DNA of 64,000 nucleotides, taken from assembly GCA_036172245.1 (NCBI GenBank), contig JAYWIR010000001.1:434001-498000 (forward strand). Reading direction: 5' to 3'. Source of the DNA: Raillietiella orientalis (Eukaryota). Below, in pieces: positions 1 to 13,898 of this stretch; the stretch's first letter is position 1; every line of letters begins with the position of its first letter. The position numbers and the translations under genes are program-made. The notes under the pieces were generated by a model. The model was not told where the DNA came from and ran no database searches. It saw only the letters and a program-made list of their open reading frames with translations.

Positions 1-245
1 CCGGAGGGGAACTTCGAAGAGAACCAACTGGCTTCTTGATTCCTGTAAGGACCCCGGAGGGTCGACTTCCAATCCCGGCCAGTCTTCGGGGGCACTCAAA
101 GCCCGTGTTCCAACCAGAGTCATCCCGCGGGAAACATTCGAAACCCACGACTCAACCCGCGTTGTCAGCGTCGATCTTTCCCCGGGCGGGATTCGAACCC
201 GCGATGCTCGATGCTGCGCGCGCGGGGAGGCCGCAGTCGTACGGC
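1..245 (-). mobile_element. tRNA-derived SINE, 5' head (copy A, cut by window edge)
   Basis: GGATTCGAACC at 189-199 is B-box GGTTCGAATCC on the minus strand; adjacent body (gattcctg..aggaccccggagggtc.acttccaatccc) matches the copies at ~5470, ~38200 and ~48570. Confidence 0.7.
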
Positions 246-1185
246 AGCCAACGCATACCACGTGGCTACGATTTGACCGTTTCCGTGATATTCATTGATG
301 TTCATGGTTGAAGAGATCAGAGTCCTTAAGCGGGAACATGGTTTGTGCAAAGTTGCATTTGTATCACAGACGTTATCGGCTGGAGCCGTAGGAGTTGCTG
401 CTCCTGAGCAATGCTCCCTGTAAGAGTATCCGAAGGTACTGAAGACAGGCCAGCGGCTAGTGAGCTGCGTCGATCCTGCCCTCTCGAGCTGCCGTCGCCT
501 GAAAGAGAATTTCGTTTTCTTTCAGGTGCCTCCTGCCTCGCCACCATCTGACGCACTGCTTGTTTTCTCTAGGGTTTCCGCACGAGATCCGGATGGTGTC
601 GAATCCTGGAGGCCTTCGGATTTATTCTCCTGAACTTTTGCATCCCTTTTGCGGAATCGGGTCAAAGGTGGATTCGCCTTTAGATCGCACCATCCGCTCG
701 AAAAAGCATCTCTTGCATACGGGGGATGCTTTTTCGTTTACGCAGAGGCAGTGTTAGGGGGCGCAAACGTGGGGACAAAGCTGCACGGGAACGCGGAAGA
801 TAAAGCCATCTTCCAGAACGACCTCAGTTGTACCTTGAGAAGAGGACATCTTTCCCAAGTTGTCCGATGCAGCTTGTGAAAGCTTCGCAAGTGGCAGTGG
901 GCAGTGTGCCGTAGTCCGAAAAGCAGCTGGACTTGTTTGCTGAAGCCTCTTCCGAGGAGGGAAAAAAAGATGCAAAGATCACTCCGAGAAATCAAACGCG
1001 CTAACATATGAGGGAGTCCTTCCTTCCGTTCATCTGCAACGTCAGCTGTAGATGAATGTTCACAAATAAAATATTTGTTGACGTGTTTCTCATGCTATTC
1101 GATCTGATCTTCACATGTCAATTACCGGACGAATGCAACTCCGTCTTATTCCATTTCCAATGGCATTCCTCTTTCTTAACAGCTC

Positions 1186-1561
1186 CAGTGGTACCTCGGT
1201 ACTCGTCGGACATTCGTTCCGAAACTCGTGACGAGTGCCGATACCAACGAGTACCGAACGAGTTCCTTCCTAGGCAGTTTCGTGGTATCATTCTGAACCA
1301 TTTTAGGACCCATGATTGACGCTTAAAATGCACAGAAAGCACAAAAGGGGGGGGGGAGGGACGATTCGGGAGGCACTATGGAAGTGTTGGACACGGTTTA
1401 CGAGCCACCATGAGAAGAAAGCGGTTCACTTGTTTCATCATGAGTGGGATGTCGAGTTCCGAGTCATGAGCCGAGTGTCGAAACATTTTTTCACTGTCAA
1501 AATGCGACGAGTACTGATGGTTTGACGAGTTCCGACACCGACGAGTACCGAGGTATCACTG
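1186..1561. mobile_element. MITE / non-autonomous Tc1-mariner-superfamily (Tigger/pogo-like) DNA transposon
   Basis: 24-bp terminal inverted repeats with one mismatch: cagtggtacctcggtactcgtcgg at 1186 and ccgacgagtaccgaggtatcactg ending 1561. TA follows the right end; the left flank reads TC. Internal gacgagt sub-repeats, no coding capacity. Confidence 0.8.
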
Positions 1562-2445
1562 TATAAACTATTTGGAAAAGCTCAGTCTCTTCTTGACTTG
1601 TGGAAGTTTCCTGATCACGTGATCCAATAAATTATTATTATTTTTTTTTTTACAAGTAGTGCAACGAACGAAAGATCATTCATTAGCGTAAGATGAAGTC
1701 AAAACCGGAAATAAAAAAATAGAATTTCACCACATTTCGAGCTGCCATACCTTCCTGATTTTCTTTGTTTTCTCGTTGCTGAACCTCACATACTCTTTGA
1801 AACCGGTCTTCAAAGTCTCCTTTCTCTCGTCGATGCTCCGACTCTTCGGTTCTTGCGACTGCCCTCCCCCGGAGTCATAAAGGGTTTCTCCTTTCTGCAT
1901 TCTCCTAAGCGTGGGACCAGAAATTCTGTTAACAGAAACTTCGGATCTCCGCGGGAAAAGAGAAATTCCGCGCAAAATTCATTCGGGAGGAAATTCCCAG
2001 CCAGAAGATCTCAGCGTGGTCACATAGCTCACATCACGACGGCAATCACGGTTATCAACCAAAGTTTATTTAACCGGGTTACTCTGCCAACAGATTGGTT
2101 GCCCAGTTCCAGCCGAAAAGGAAGGTTTTTCGAGAGAAGCCACGCAAGTTGGTTGCAAAGACCGATCCGTTATTCTTGAGCGAGCATCCAGAAACCGCGA
2201 AGGAAGAAGGTCCCAGAAGAGGAATTACCAGAGATCCGCCATGTCAAAACTGCCTTTCTTTCATGGATTGGCAGCTTCTCGAGACGCCTTGAGTGCACTA
2301 ATGTTTGTCTCAAGTCTTGCAACTTTTGAGGGACGGACATAATTAGAATTTGTGATCTCCGATGTCCAGAAGCCAAACCGGAAAAAATTGGATGCACAAA
2401 AAATCCACGCACTGGTTCCTCCTTGGCAGGATTCGCGGAGTCCTT

Positions 2446-2563
2446 CCAAGTCCTCTTGACCGCGGCTGGTGCCCAGAGAGGGTGAAAGTGAAAGACCCTT
2501 ACGGAGACTCCTCATACAGGCCTTTCACCTCTCTGGGCACCAGCAGCGGTCAAGAGAACTTGG
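2446..2563. repeat. Near-perfect inverted repeat (~42-bp stem, 33-nt loop)
   Basis: 2446-2488 ccaagtcctcttgaccgcggctggtgcccagagagggtgaaag versus reverse complement of 2522-2563 ccaagttctcttgaccgctgctggtgcccagagaggtgaaag (2 mismatches, 1 indel). Confidence 0.9.
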
Positions 2564-3959
2564 CCGTACAGTTCCTTTCCTCCTACAGTCTGTGTAAGTC
2601 ACACAAGAGAAGAACTGTCTAAAATTCGTCGTTTAGATTTTCCTTCCGGGTTTTCTGACGCCTTGAGAACTGCACAGGAAAATTTCGGGGCAGACACGGA
2701 AAGCGAATTTTCCCTACTGGTCAGGGCCATCGGGTGAACGCCACCGCGGGCAGCGCAACTTTTTATCCTTGTTGCGATCCATGAGAATGCTCTAGAAAGG
2801 AGCCGGACTTTTGGTTCACCCTTTTCTCTGAATAGCTGGTTGCCTACCGCAGCCCGGCTTTGCCCAAGAATTTCCTTTTGGCAACTTGGTGCTCCACGGG
2901 CCACTAGAAGCTTCGGGTTAGCTTCACCTGCTGACGGAGGGCGAATTTCTACAAAATTTTTTCGTGTTATCCATTGGGGTCAACCTCTACGAAAGATCAT
3001 CTTTAATAAAACAAAGACCCCATTCGCAGTACACTGGTAACTTCCTTTCCCTGTTCTCGAGAGTGCAACATTGGAGAAATTTCTTGAACATCTCGGATAT
3101 CCATTCTTCAACAGTCTTGCGAAAGTATAGTGTTGTTCTCGATATTTTCCATATCTGAACGTTGTTTTCCTTTTCCTTATCTTCTTCGCTTCTTAAACGA
3201 ATCCAGTCTGTCATTCTCGGCGTCTGTTCTTCATGTACAAATTCTCACAGAGTCTTGTCTTTCACTCTACTGGCTTCCACTTTTGTACTTGACGCCAGAA
3301 ATAGAGGATTCTCTTCCAGGAACTCCAAAGGAAACGCCGCCATTTGATTAAACGGGCTACCGCTTTTCGTGAGCGGATAGTATTGAAGTAACAAGACGAA
3401 TCGTACCTAAGGAGCGTGACTTGTTCTGCCGTTATGTACTCTTCATGTTCCCTTTCGCGATCCTGTTGCGTGGTTACTGGTCCGAGACTCTTGAAACGTG
3501 TTATTTATCCGCCTTGAAAGTAATTCACGTCCTTGAGCCTCGCTGAATTGAAAAAACCCTCGTTCAAACGAGAAACTTCTCTATTTCGGTGCAGTTGTGT
3601 GAATCTCTCGGGCAAGTAAGATTCCCAATCCTCGAAGGTCTCGAAAAAAAGAACCCACTTCTTCGCAGATCAAACAGCAGGACCCAGTTGAACAGCTCCG
3701 AAAGTCTCGTGAACGACTGCATTGCAGATTCCAGCTCTACGAAATTCTTGTGGACTTCAGTCGATTCCCACTTTCCTGCCACCTCGTGCTAAAAGCTGGT
3801 AACCCTTTCAAAGAGATTCATCTAGAACTTCAAGCACTTTTGTTAGTTACTCTCATGCATGTCAGATCTCTCAAATGCATACTTGGAGTTGAACTGGACA
3901 GTCGAGTTTTTTCAGTTCTTCACCGAGAAACCTGGCGTCCACCCCTCTGTTTCCTCTGA

Positions 3960-4250
3960 CCTCTACAAGAATGAAGGGACGACAGGACAACCGAATTCCC
4001 AACCTGAAAGATTTTGGAGGCATCCCTGAGTGCTTGTTCTGAAAGCCCTGGGTTGTAGAGGGGCGCCATGCTTAACGGGATGAGGTTTCCCACTTGGATG
4101 CACCAATGGTTGGTGTGCAGTACCTTCCAACGACCAAAACAGTGCGTTCCTAGTTCTGCCCATGAGACCTAGCCCCTGCCCTCGAGGCATTTCGCGCATT
4201 TGGGGCAAGCAAAATTGGCCTAATAGGAGAAACCTGTTTTGATTTGAAGG
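3960..4250 (-). mobile_element. Decayed non-LTR retrotransposon ORF1 (gag-like) remnant
   Basis: Minus-strand frames give PKCAKCLEGR...QPLVHPSGK, resembling PKCAVCCKGR...LTLLHPVGE of the ORF1 remnant at 28749-29063; interrupted by stops and frameshifts. Confidence 0.4.
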
Positions 4251-4964
4251 CAATTCTGTTATCCGCTTCGTTTTTTTTTTTACTAACCGTTTGAAAAAAT
4301 GTCATCCACGAGCTCGTAACTAGTTATTGTTTTGGAATTATGTGACCACTTGTGGGGAAACTACACCTATATTTATATACATATGTATATTATACATGAC
4401 CGAATCTGTTTTGGTAGGCAGGGCTATTTGTCTAAGGGAGGGGAGTCCCCGAAAGAGAAAAAGGGAAATTTTTCCTATAGATAAGAAATTCGTTTGTGTA
4501 TTCACGAATGGAACCAACTCCCGCTCTCTAACGTCTGCAATCGGAAAGTGGTACAGCTTAGATGGATGGTGCCTTCGACGTTTGTCCGTCCTTTCATTGG
4601 CGTGGAGGGAATGAGGAAAACCGAAACACGCCAACAAACTCGCTTTCCAAATACTGCACTGCTCTTTGGAACGCGGGTTCCAAATACCGCATGTACATCA
4701 CGAACTAAGTTGTATATTATGTCCACCTGAAAATTACAACATAAAAGTGTATCACCTGACGCACTATCTGAGGATAGTATCTCAAATAAACTCGCAGATG
4801 TGCTTTGGATTTTCTTGATTTCCGGATGCTGATTTTGTTAATCGATTCCTTTGGGACTCCCCATGAATGTTCGATAGGTTTAGGGGCCAAACGCGAGTTT
4901 CCGGTTCAGCTGAGAATCAAACCGTTGAAGTCGATCGAGCAAGAAAGCTTTCACTATTTTCCTT

Positions 4965-5700
4965 CCAGGCCTTTTTTTTTTTTTTTTTGTTCGCTAGGTA
5001 CTCGAGAACGTTTGCCTGGCGGCTGACGGTCTTCAACACTGTTTCACGCCACCTTCAAGTTAGGGGGTACCCGGAGGGAGACCACCCTGTGAATCCAGGA
5101 AGGGCTCCTCACACGTTTGAGAGGGAACCCCCTTGCCCTGGTTGCCTCCGAACGGACTTCCTTTCTCTCCTCGGAGGAACCTCCCAAAGGGAGCTACGCC
5201 TCGTTTCCTTTCCGAAGGGAATCCGGAAGGGATCCGCTCCTGGAATCTCTTCCCCGGAGGGAACCCGCTAGGGAACCAATCGCTCCTTGCATCCTCGTCT
5301 GAACACAACCGCAAAGGGATACTTTCCGTTTTCTCTGAAGGGCCGCACTCCGAGTCGGGCAGCGCGCTTCTCACACTTGGAGATGCGATCCCCCGAAAAG
5401 GGTACCAACCAGCTCCATGATAACGGCTCCATTTCCCCAACCAGAGGGGAACTCCGAAGGGAACCGACTCGCTGATTCCTGGAAGGACCCCGGAGGGTCA
5501 ACTTCCAATCCCAGATAGTCAACGGGGGCATCCGGTTTCCACGGGTGCCGCATCCGAAGCACGTGGGCCGACAAGCGTTATCTTGCGGGGAAAGCGACGC
5601 ACCCACTTCTCGGTGGGTCGATCCTTCCCAAAGTGGGATTCGAACGCGCGACGGCTGGTGCTACTCCGGCAGAGGGCCACACGGCCGCGAACGCGGGCAA
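4965..5700 (-). mobile_element. tRNA-derived SINE, near full-length (copy B)
   Basis: B-box remnant (ggattcgaac, 5636-5645, minus strand), shared GC-rich body 5060-5600, and A-rich tail (poly-T at ~4972-4988 on +) preceded by gttctcgagtacctagcgaac, matching the tail at 21100-21140. Confidence 0.75.
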
Positions 5701-6666
5701 GATCTGAAGGTCCAAATAGGTCTGTCCACTGATGAAGATGCTACGTCCACCTCAGCTGTAAAGCTGGGGTTTTTTCACTACACTCTTACTCATTTTTTAA
5801 AAAGTACACTCTTTGAGTCACCTTTATGAATCACTGATCATTAATCTTGGTGTAAATTTAAGAAAGAAAAATCACATTATGGGAAAAGGGCAATGCGGCA
5901 ATTTTGCTATGGCTGACTTTTCCTCCTGCTTTTTATCTCTTAAGAGAAACGTGGTTAAAAAAAGAAAGAAAGAAAGAAAGAAAAGATGAATTTCTAGATC
6001 TGAAAGATGCATCTCAAGGATCCAAAAGAGCAAAAGCAAACGTCAGAAAAGCAAGGAGGCAATTCCTTCAAAGTTCGGAAGGGATGAAATGGGACCTTGG
6101 ATTCCAAAAACGTGGGGTCGCTCGCAAAACTAGTCAACATAAGTAACCATTTCGAGGCCCGGTTGGGGGAGGGGGGTGAATCATGGGCCCAGGGGATTCC
6201 GAATTCCCTACCGACTTGGGAAACGATAGCATTTAACGAAGATACTGAACTGTTTTTTGTCTTTCTCCTCTGGAGAAGGGAGAAGGAGCAACTGTGCTGC
6301 GTTGCAGATGCAGTCCAGTTGCATAGCCCCTGCAAATGGCCTTACACCGACTACGGAGCTGTGATTGAATTACCCGGAACTTGAGATTTTCAAGAAACCT
6401 CCATTCCGTCTGTGGGAAGCCACAGAGGAGAAGGGACTGCTGGTTCCAGGATTTCCGGGCTATTGCGCTTCCACAAAGGACAATAATTTCGAAATGTCCA
6501 CTGAAACTTTCCGAGCAGCCGAGCGCAACGAACGACTGCGGGCGGATTCCCCTGGGATGAGGACGACGAACTCCTTCCCGGGAGGAGGGATGCCCGCTTC
6601 GGTCCTCCACTCTCTGCGGAGGAGGAATTTCCGTTCCCGGGAGCAGGTGCAACCAAACACGGGAAG

Positions 6667-6687
6667 GTGTGTGTGTGTGTGTGTGTG
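6667..6687. repeat. (GT)n microsatellite
   Basis: About ten GT units read directly. Confidence 0.95.
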
Positions 6688-9600
6688 AGAGCGGTGGGGG
6701 GGGGGGAAGGAAAAAGGAAGGAAAGAAACCATACTCACAGGATGTCCCTTCCTGGCCAAACCTCACGGACCGAGGAGCGTCTTCCCCATCGACCAAACTA
6801 TACTTCCCGCGGAAACGGGGCTGACCAGAAGAAAGGTGGGCGCCTCTTGGAACGTGTACGGTTTTCTTTTTTATTCGAGTACAACCGTGCGAGCTTTCCA
6901 GAGAATTGGACTCACTGCACACTCGAAAAAGTTTCCCTCCGATTGCAAATGGAATTCGCAGTCACGTCGGATGAGCGAAACACGTTAAGGGCGAACTTTT
7001 TCCGATTGCACACTTTTTCGCACTCCTCTGACGTCAGTTCGAAAAAAAAAAAAAAAAAAAGGATCCACCGATTTGCAACTGAATTTCCACAGTTTAAAGA
7101 TTTCCGTAATTTTCGATATCCCTGATGATGTGCTTTCTTCATCTGAATCTTTTTCACGAAATTGCGCCATTACATCGTGCATTCCTGCCACATTTATATT
7201 TATATATTTGTACGTGTTTGCAGGAAAAAGAGATTTTACGTTTTTTTTTTTTTGGCTTGTTTGCTTTCGACAATACAAAAGAAAAAGAAATGTTGCTACG
7301 ATGAAATAATAAACTGTAGCAAAAGGGATATAAAATCTTGGAGTTGACAAAAATGAATAAAGGGCCTACAAAAGCGAAAACGAGTGCATTTCGAGTTTTT
7401 CAAAAAATCATCATCCACGAGCAGAATTCTTTTTTGTAAAAAAAAAAAAACAAACACGCAAAATTTGCTCTTTTCAGCGAAAGCTGCGATTATATCACCC
7501 TTCTGAAATACAAAAGATGACAGAAGCTGAAATTAATAAACCCCACTTATTTTTCTGTAACGAGAATTACCCACTCGTATTTTTTTTCTTTCTTTCTTTT
7601 TTAAAAAAAAATGTTCATCATTCAATACTTTGCCCTTGGTGGAAATTCCAAGATTTCTACCATTTCTTGTAGGGTAAAAGTTCCAAACTTCAGCCTCCTA
7701 GGAACTACCTGCTACCCATTGAACCCAGTTCTGTCTGTCTGCACATATTCTGGTACCTGCCTCAAGCGAGCACGGGTGTTTTCCCTGGATCTGGGCATCC
7801 AGTACGGATGTACGGTGTTCTCAAAGAAAATAAAGACTGGTGAATGAAACGCAAGGCTCAGACGAGCTTGGTGTGGTGGTCGTGTGACCTCCAATGCCGT
7901 GTCGGCGCAGGCTCTGTGGATTCCTTTTATTGTAATGGAGTTGCGCTTTTGGAAGCATACTACCAAGAAGTCCTTTGGTTGTTGTTTTTTTTCTGATGAC
8001 CGTCAGCACTGAGAGGCATACATCCCATGAACATCACCACCGTAGTGTTCGAAGAACCATCTTCCTGTGATTTGAAGATTCACCTGTGTTCTCCGTGCAA
8101 AAGTACATTCCGATCCTGGAACATATTCGTCCGAGCCGATCACATCCGTGCGCCAGTTTCCACTTTGAATCCGAGCTCTTTCGTACCTTCAGTCTGCGAA
8201 GGTTCGGGCTTTGGATTGCATCTCCAGCAGATCCCTCAAAGAGAGAGTGAGGATTTCGAGTGGGTTGCAATACAGTGTGCACGCAAGATTGGCCACCTGG
8301 AAGCAAATAAAAATACCCGACAGTAGAAATTTTATTGGAACCTTGTCCTTCGGGTTGATAACCACCACTATCATTCACTCTCAATTCCGCCAGTGGTTGC
8401 TCACAGAATTTAAAGAGGGGGAACTACGAAGATGCTTGTTGTTCAGAGTGCTCTATCGGACGTGGTTTAGTCACTGCTCCAGATGGAGGAGCAATACGAT
8501 CAAGCAATTTCGCGCCGCTTTTACAACACGTTTCATTGAAATGCACTACGGACGTCACGGAAATGATTGCGAAAATGACATCATTGAGCTGTTCCGAGCT
8601 TCCGATCGGTTCGTTCGAGTCCAGCCTGCTGTGGCATTTCGGTCACCTGGGTGCCGACATCCGCGGGCTTTAAAAAGATCTTGCCAGTTGCATTCGTAAA
8701 CATCGAATCTTCTTCCTCATCACGGTGGCCACAGCAACAGTTGGGAACCAGCCATCCCCGTCCGAAATCGATCGCTTCGATGTCCAACAGTTTGAAAGAT
8801 ACTGCATGAGATGTGGAGAAGAAGAAAGGGGAAAAAATCACATGAAGGTCTCTACGTTGACGAAATCCTTCAGTTTGCAGAAGAGCGAAACGTTCGGAAA
8901 CTGGTTGGTTTGTGGAACTACCACTTGACCGCTTTGCAGGAGTAAACCACCACCAAGGTGTGCTTTGCACGCGGGGTCTTGTTCAACCGCGGTGCTTTCT
9001 TCCAGTCAGGAAACTAATGGCAAAAACTGATAGCTCAGGATGATCAGTGGCAATCTTTGCTTACCTGGAAAAAACAACAACCATCCACGATGACACATTG
9101 AAGAGAGTCGACCTTTTGCCGGTTAGGCGAAGGATATCCCGCATTCTTTTTTTCATCATGTTTCATCGGCTTCATGTTTTTCTTTACCGTTGTATTGTTA
9201 AAGTATTATTTATGCTGACGAAAGACTGTTCCACCCCATTCTACACCCCAAACTCAAACTTCACGAGTGAATCCTTGCAAAGGTCAGTAGAAAATGTGCT
9301 GGAACGATTCCGGTCGATAACGGGGAAACAGCAGCTTGCAACATTTACTGTGCGCTCAAATGAATCGTGGAAGTCGGATCCAGCTTTTCCCGTTTCCAGG
9401 CAAGCACTTCGCCAGAGAGCAGCACAGGACTCGCGAATGAGGCAAAGGTCTCCACTCAATCACTCGAGTCACTAGTATTAGATGCATGAACAGATAAATG
9501 TGCTCGGATAGGTCGTATGCTGCAAGCGACAGGCGTGAAAAGCCGCAGCGGGAGCCTTGAAATGTTGCTGGAGGGACCAAAATCAATGAACTGCACTTTG

Positions 9601-12600
9601 GCTTGAGGTCCCTTTAGGGACCTTGCAGGATCGCAGAATACTGGGAATGCATGCTGCGTGGATTCAGCATTACAATCCATTTCGAGCGTGCTTCTTGTCA
9701 CGTTGTTTCTTACCGTTCGCCTGCTTGCCTCTCAGGCCTGAGTGGCTACGATCCCAGGTAAATGAGGGAGGTGCTAAGCACCAGAAAGTCAGCGTTGCGT
9801 TGTTCCTTCTAGCACATTGCATTTCATTGACTTGGCAGCATGGGAAACTACTCCGATAAGTAGATGGATGACTCTCTTTAGGTGACATGAATCTACTGAT
9901 CGCTTCCCAGCCTTCAATGGCAGCAGACCGAGTGCGCCCAGAGGACGAAGTACAATTCGCCGTTTCCACGGTGATTCGCGTTCGCACTTGGTGTTTCGAT
10001 GGCATTTCTAGCTTCGGCATGCGAACAGAGCTTGGCGAGTGCCGAAATGCCGTCGAGCGAGAACAAGTGGCACATTTGCTGGCTTTCCTCGATGCCTGCC
10101 CGAGGATCGCCACATCCTCCGGACCACAAGCCACGAGGACTTGCACTCAAACAGGAGCTTCTGCTTAAGCATCCAGTTGCCAATCGCATGTGCACGTGCA
10201 CGCACCCATGCAGCGTTTCTACGACGCATTCTTCCTGCGTGCTGTGGAGTCACTTGATTTCCCTCGACCTTATTCCAGGCAAATCATGCTCTTCCGGATT
10301 GCAGGTCAGTCTGTAGACCAGTAGGACAAAATCAACGCTCAAATAGGTCGAAATTCAACCCCGACTCAACAGTAAGGTATACTCCCAATGAATGGAAACC
10401 AGAAAAACTACCGCAGCTGCAACCTAGAATCTACCTACTTTTGTATACTTCGAAACGTATACTTCACTGAAAACAAAAACCGTTTCACGATGTCTACCGA
10501 AGAATTCCTACGTTTTTTTTTTTTTTTAAAGCTGATTTATAAACTTCACTTAAAATTTCATTTTGAATTAGCATCCTCTTGGACATGTTCCAGTCAAAGA
10601 GTTTGCTTAGTAAGATTCTGTTTTCTCGTCAAACATCGTACCTCTGCAAACCAAAGTGTTTTTTAGGAAGCATTTTGGATAAACAGAGACGGGAGAGATT
10701 CCCCTTCAGTTTTCATAAGACCACACAGTATCGAATGAAGGTCAGAATTGCAAAGTCGCTTCTGTCACTTCTTTTCGGATAAGCAGACCAAAAGGGGCAA
10801 CCCAAACGCGAAGAGCTTCTTCTAGGGTTTCCCAAGGTAGCGCACTTTCTTTCCAAAATTCCAAGAGATAATGAAGTGTTATAAAATACACATGAACACA
10901 CACATGCATGCATAAAGAGGCCACCGGCAGCAAATCTCTATAGTGTGGGTATCTGTGCGACGTACATAAACGTACGACACGGATTGTGAGCCAGCATGTA
11001 CACAAGCGCGCATGGTCACACAAAGATTCCAAGACTCAGAGAGACGGCACCATCCATCGGTTGCAGATTCCTCCCGTGAAGGTTTACTCGAATAACAGCA
11101 TCAAACGGGAAAAGTCTGAGGAAAACCGAAATAGAAAGCAAATGGGATGCTGCAATAAGAATGATACAGGAAATATTGCTGGGCACCATCTTGAAGGTTT
11201 TACTGTCTGATGACAAAAAACTTCGACTTGGCGTTGTCGAAGAGCAAATGCTGGTCAGCAATGTAAGTTCCTTTAGGAAAACCAAAACACACACACATTT
11301 ACATGCAGTCAGAACCTACACTTGAAAATTTTTCTTTCGCATCTCGAACCGACCATTTTTACCTTAAGTTTCGCGCTCGGAAACCTTCCTCTTTCCTTCT
11401 TTCTATATACCGAGGTATGACTAATGAGGTGCTGCTCGTCTAGCGTGGGAATCACAGATGCCTTGAGTCTTCGACAGTTTCGAAGGTTGGTATCAACCGG
11501 ATTCGTACACTCAGCTGATCACCCACTGAGATGCTGAGGTTCATTTATGTATACTCAATTCATAACCTCCTCAACAGAGCAATCATTATGGACTGATGAT
11601 GTTCGATGCAAACCACTTTCCTCATTTACGTATAAGCAGTGCTTCGAGTAAGTTCTTTTGCGGGAAACTCAAAAGGGCTAAGGACAGCTCGTGGGCAAGC
11701 AGGACGAACTTGCTGGCAGCGTCCTCTTCCAGAAGGAAGTTTCCCACTGCTTGTGGATTCCAGGTTCGTGAAATCGAGCTTTCCCGTCTCTTGTCTCCCG
11801 ATCCGTTTTGCATCCTTCAGAGGATTGCAATCGGACATGAAAACGGGACCAACGTAAAGTAATCTAAAAAGGCACAAGTGGAATGGAATGCTTTTGGAGA
11901 AAAAAAAAAAAAAGGAAAAACTTTGGATTTTGGACTCTCCTTTGTATTTTACGTGTGCCGAACGCACGCAACCAATCTCTCTCTCTTCTTTTTGTTTTTT
12001 TTCAGGCGAAACTGATGCAACCAAACCATTCCAAATTATCTAATTTTTACCAATGACAGAAGAAAATAAAAAAAATTACTTTTCCCGACGATGCTTTTGC
12101 TCGATTAAAGCAAACGAATGCTCCACCAGTGAAGGTAACGTGGGATGTCGTAGAACGGCAGGCTGCAAGAAAATACGGACGCATTTACCAATGCTTTTTT
12201 TTACCTAGGTCTGGAAGTAATGGAAGATTTAGTATTGGTTTCCGCTCATTCAAGGTTGGCCTGGGGCATCTCGTTAAAAAGCACGACCAAAACGGAGAAC
12301 ACGCACCTACGTCTTTCCATCAAACCCAAAGCAGCTTCAATACAAGCAACAGGTGAACACTCTGGTTCCTCGGAATGGCTGACAAACCCGTTAAAGCCGA
12401 TGCCACTGGAGGTGTCCGTTTCGAAAAACTCCAGCGGCCCAAGCTCTTTGAAAATGCGCTGCTGCCACGGGGGGAAACCGAAACGACACACTATCTTTCA
12501 CCACGTGCGATACACTTGGAAGCTGACCCCGTGACAGAATTCAAGTGACCCTTCTTCTGGCATCGCATACACGAATCCTCACGAAATCAAAGCTCCGAAC

Positions 12601-13817
12601 GATGAATACTAAAAGGATCAAGTAGCTTCTAACTCTGTTACGGGTACCTTTATTTAAGAAAACGGCGCCCCCGAAAATGAGCCCCCCTACAGATATTAAA
12701 AACGACATGACACCATTTACTGTCAATCCTGAACATTTGGACATTCAATAACAAATTTTGGCGCATTTCAATTCCACAGAGAGATTCCGGTGAACTTCAA
12801 ACAGTGAACGATCACGTTTTTTGTTAAAATGAAACGCTCTTCCTCGATATGGAATCATGCCTACCACGTATCTGTGACTGCGCACTTAGGATGTTTGGTA
12901 CAAATTAACATGGATTGCATTCGTATTTCGAAGTATGGGCTTTCCACGACTGTACCCAGCAAATGTGCATTCATGAGCATGTAATCCTCACAATTTGTAC
13001 GATGCAGCATGCGTAATGTGTTTCCTTGTTAAAAACTATCCCATTCACGTCTTGCATGTGCCATCGCTTAATCTGGTTGAAATAAATAATCACAAATGCT
13101 GAATCGTAACATTCATGAAACTAAGGAATATAATTAGAAACGAAAATATATATTTCAAGTCTAATCTGACTGGACCATCAACACAATCCTTATATGATGG
13201 TCTGATGTCTCAGTACTCTTCCACATCTAAGAATAGTGAACGACATCAAAAAAAATTCATTGGAATGCAGCAAAACTGAATCCAGAGTTTTAGATATACT
13301 TCATGCATTAAAGCTAGATTGTACAGGGGATCACTTTGAGAATAACTTGGCACTCAACATGACGTGTTTGCAAGTATGCAACAAATGCACTTAGAAAGTC
13401 CCAGGAGTATGATTTCATTTGGAATTCACCACTGTTCTTATCTCATAAAATAACAGAAGAAAGACATGGGAGACTAGCTGAACATGCAATATCAGTGTGA
13501 ACTAAGATCAAATTAATATCAATCAAAATCCACACTGGAAAATAACTTGCACCATCATGCAGTGAAGAAAACTAATTTAATTATAAATTAACTGTTGCCA
13601 ACTTACAAGTTAAGACTGATCCAAACTTACTAATATAAGTATACATTAAAGGAAAAATTGTGTAATTTGTATCCAAATTTGCTTTCGTAAGTTTGATTTC
13701 TCACTTTGATTTTTGTTCTGAAAGTTTTTGATATAAACATATCTTAAAAGTCAAACTGAAAATTGGCAACCATGAGAATTCATCACATGAATTACATATA
13801 CAGTTCTTCAATATAAG

Positions 13818-13898
13818 TTAGGTTTTGCCATGATGAGTGAATTCATTCAAGGATTTTACATAAGCTTCATGTACTTTAACTATAAATTCTGGATCATT
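13818..13898 (-). CDS. DCP1: DCP1 last coding exon
   Basis: cgtag|NDPEFIVKVHEAYVKSLNEFTHHGKT-TAA; completes the trimerisation domain. Confidence 0.9.
   Translation of the reverse strand, partial: NDPEFIVKVHEAYVKSLNEFTHHGKT

Noticed and set aside
1186..1561. CRISPR-like repeated gacgagt motifs
   Set aside because: Short, irregularly spaced subterminal repeats inside a MITE; eukaryotic context and no cas genes.
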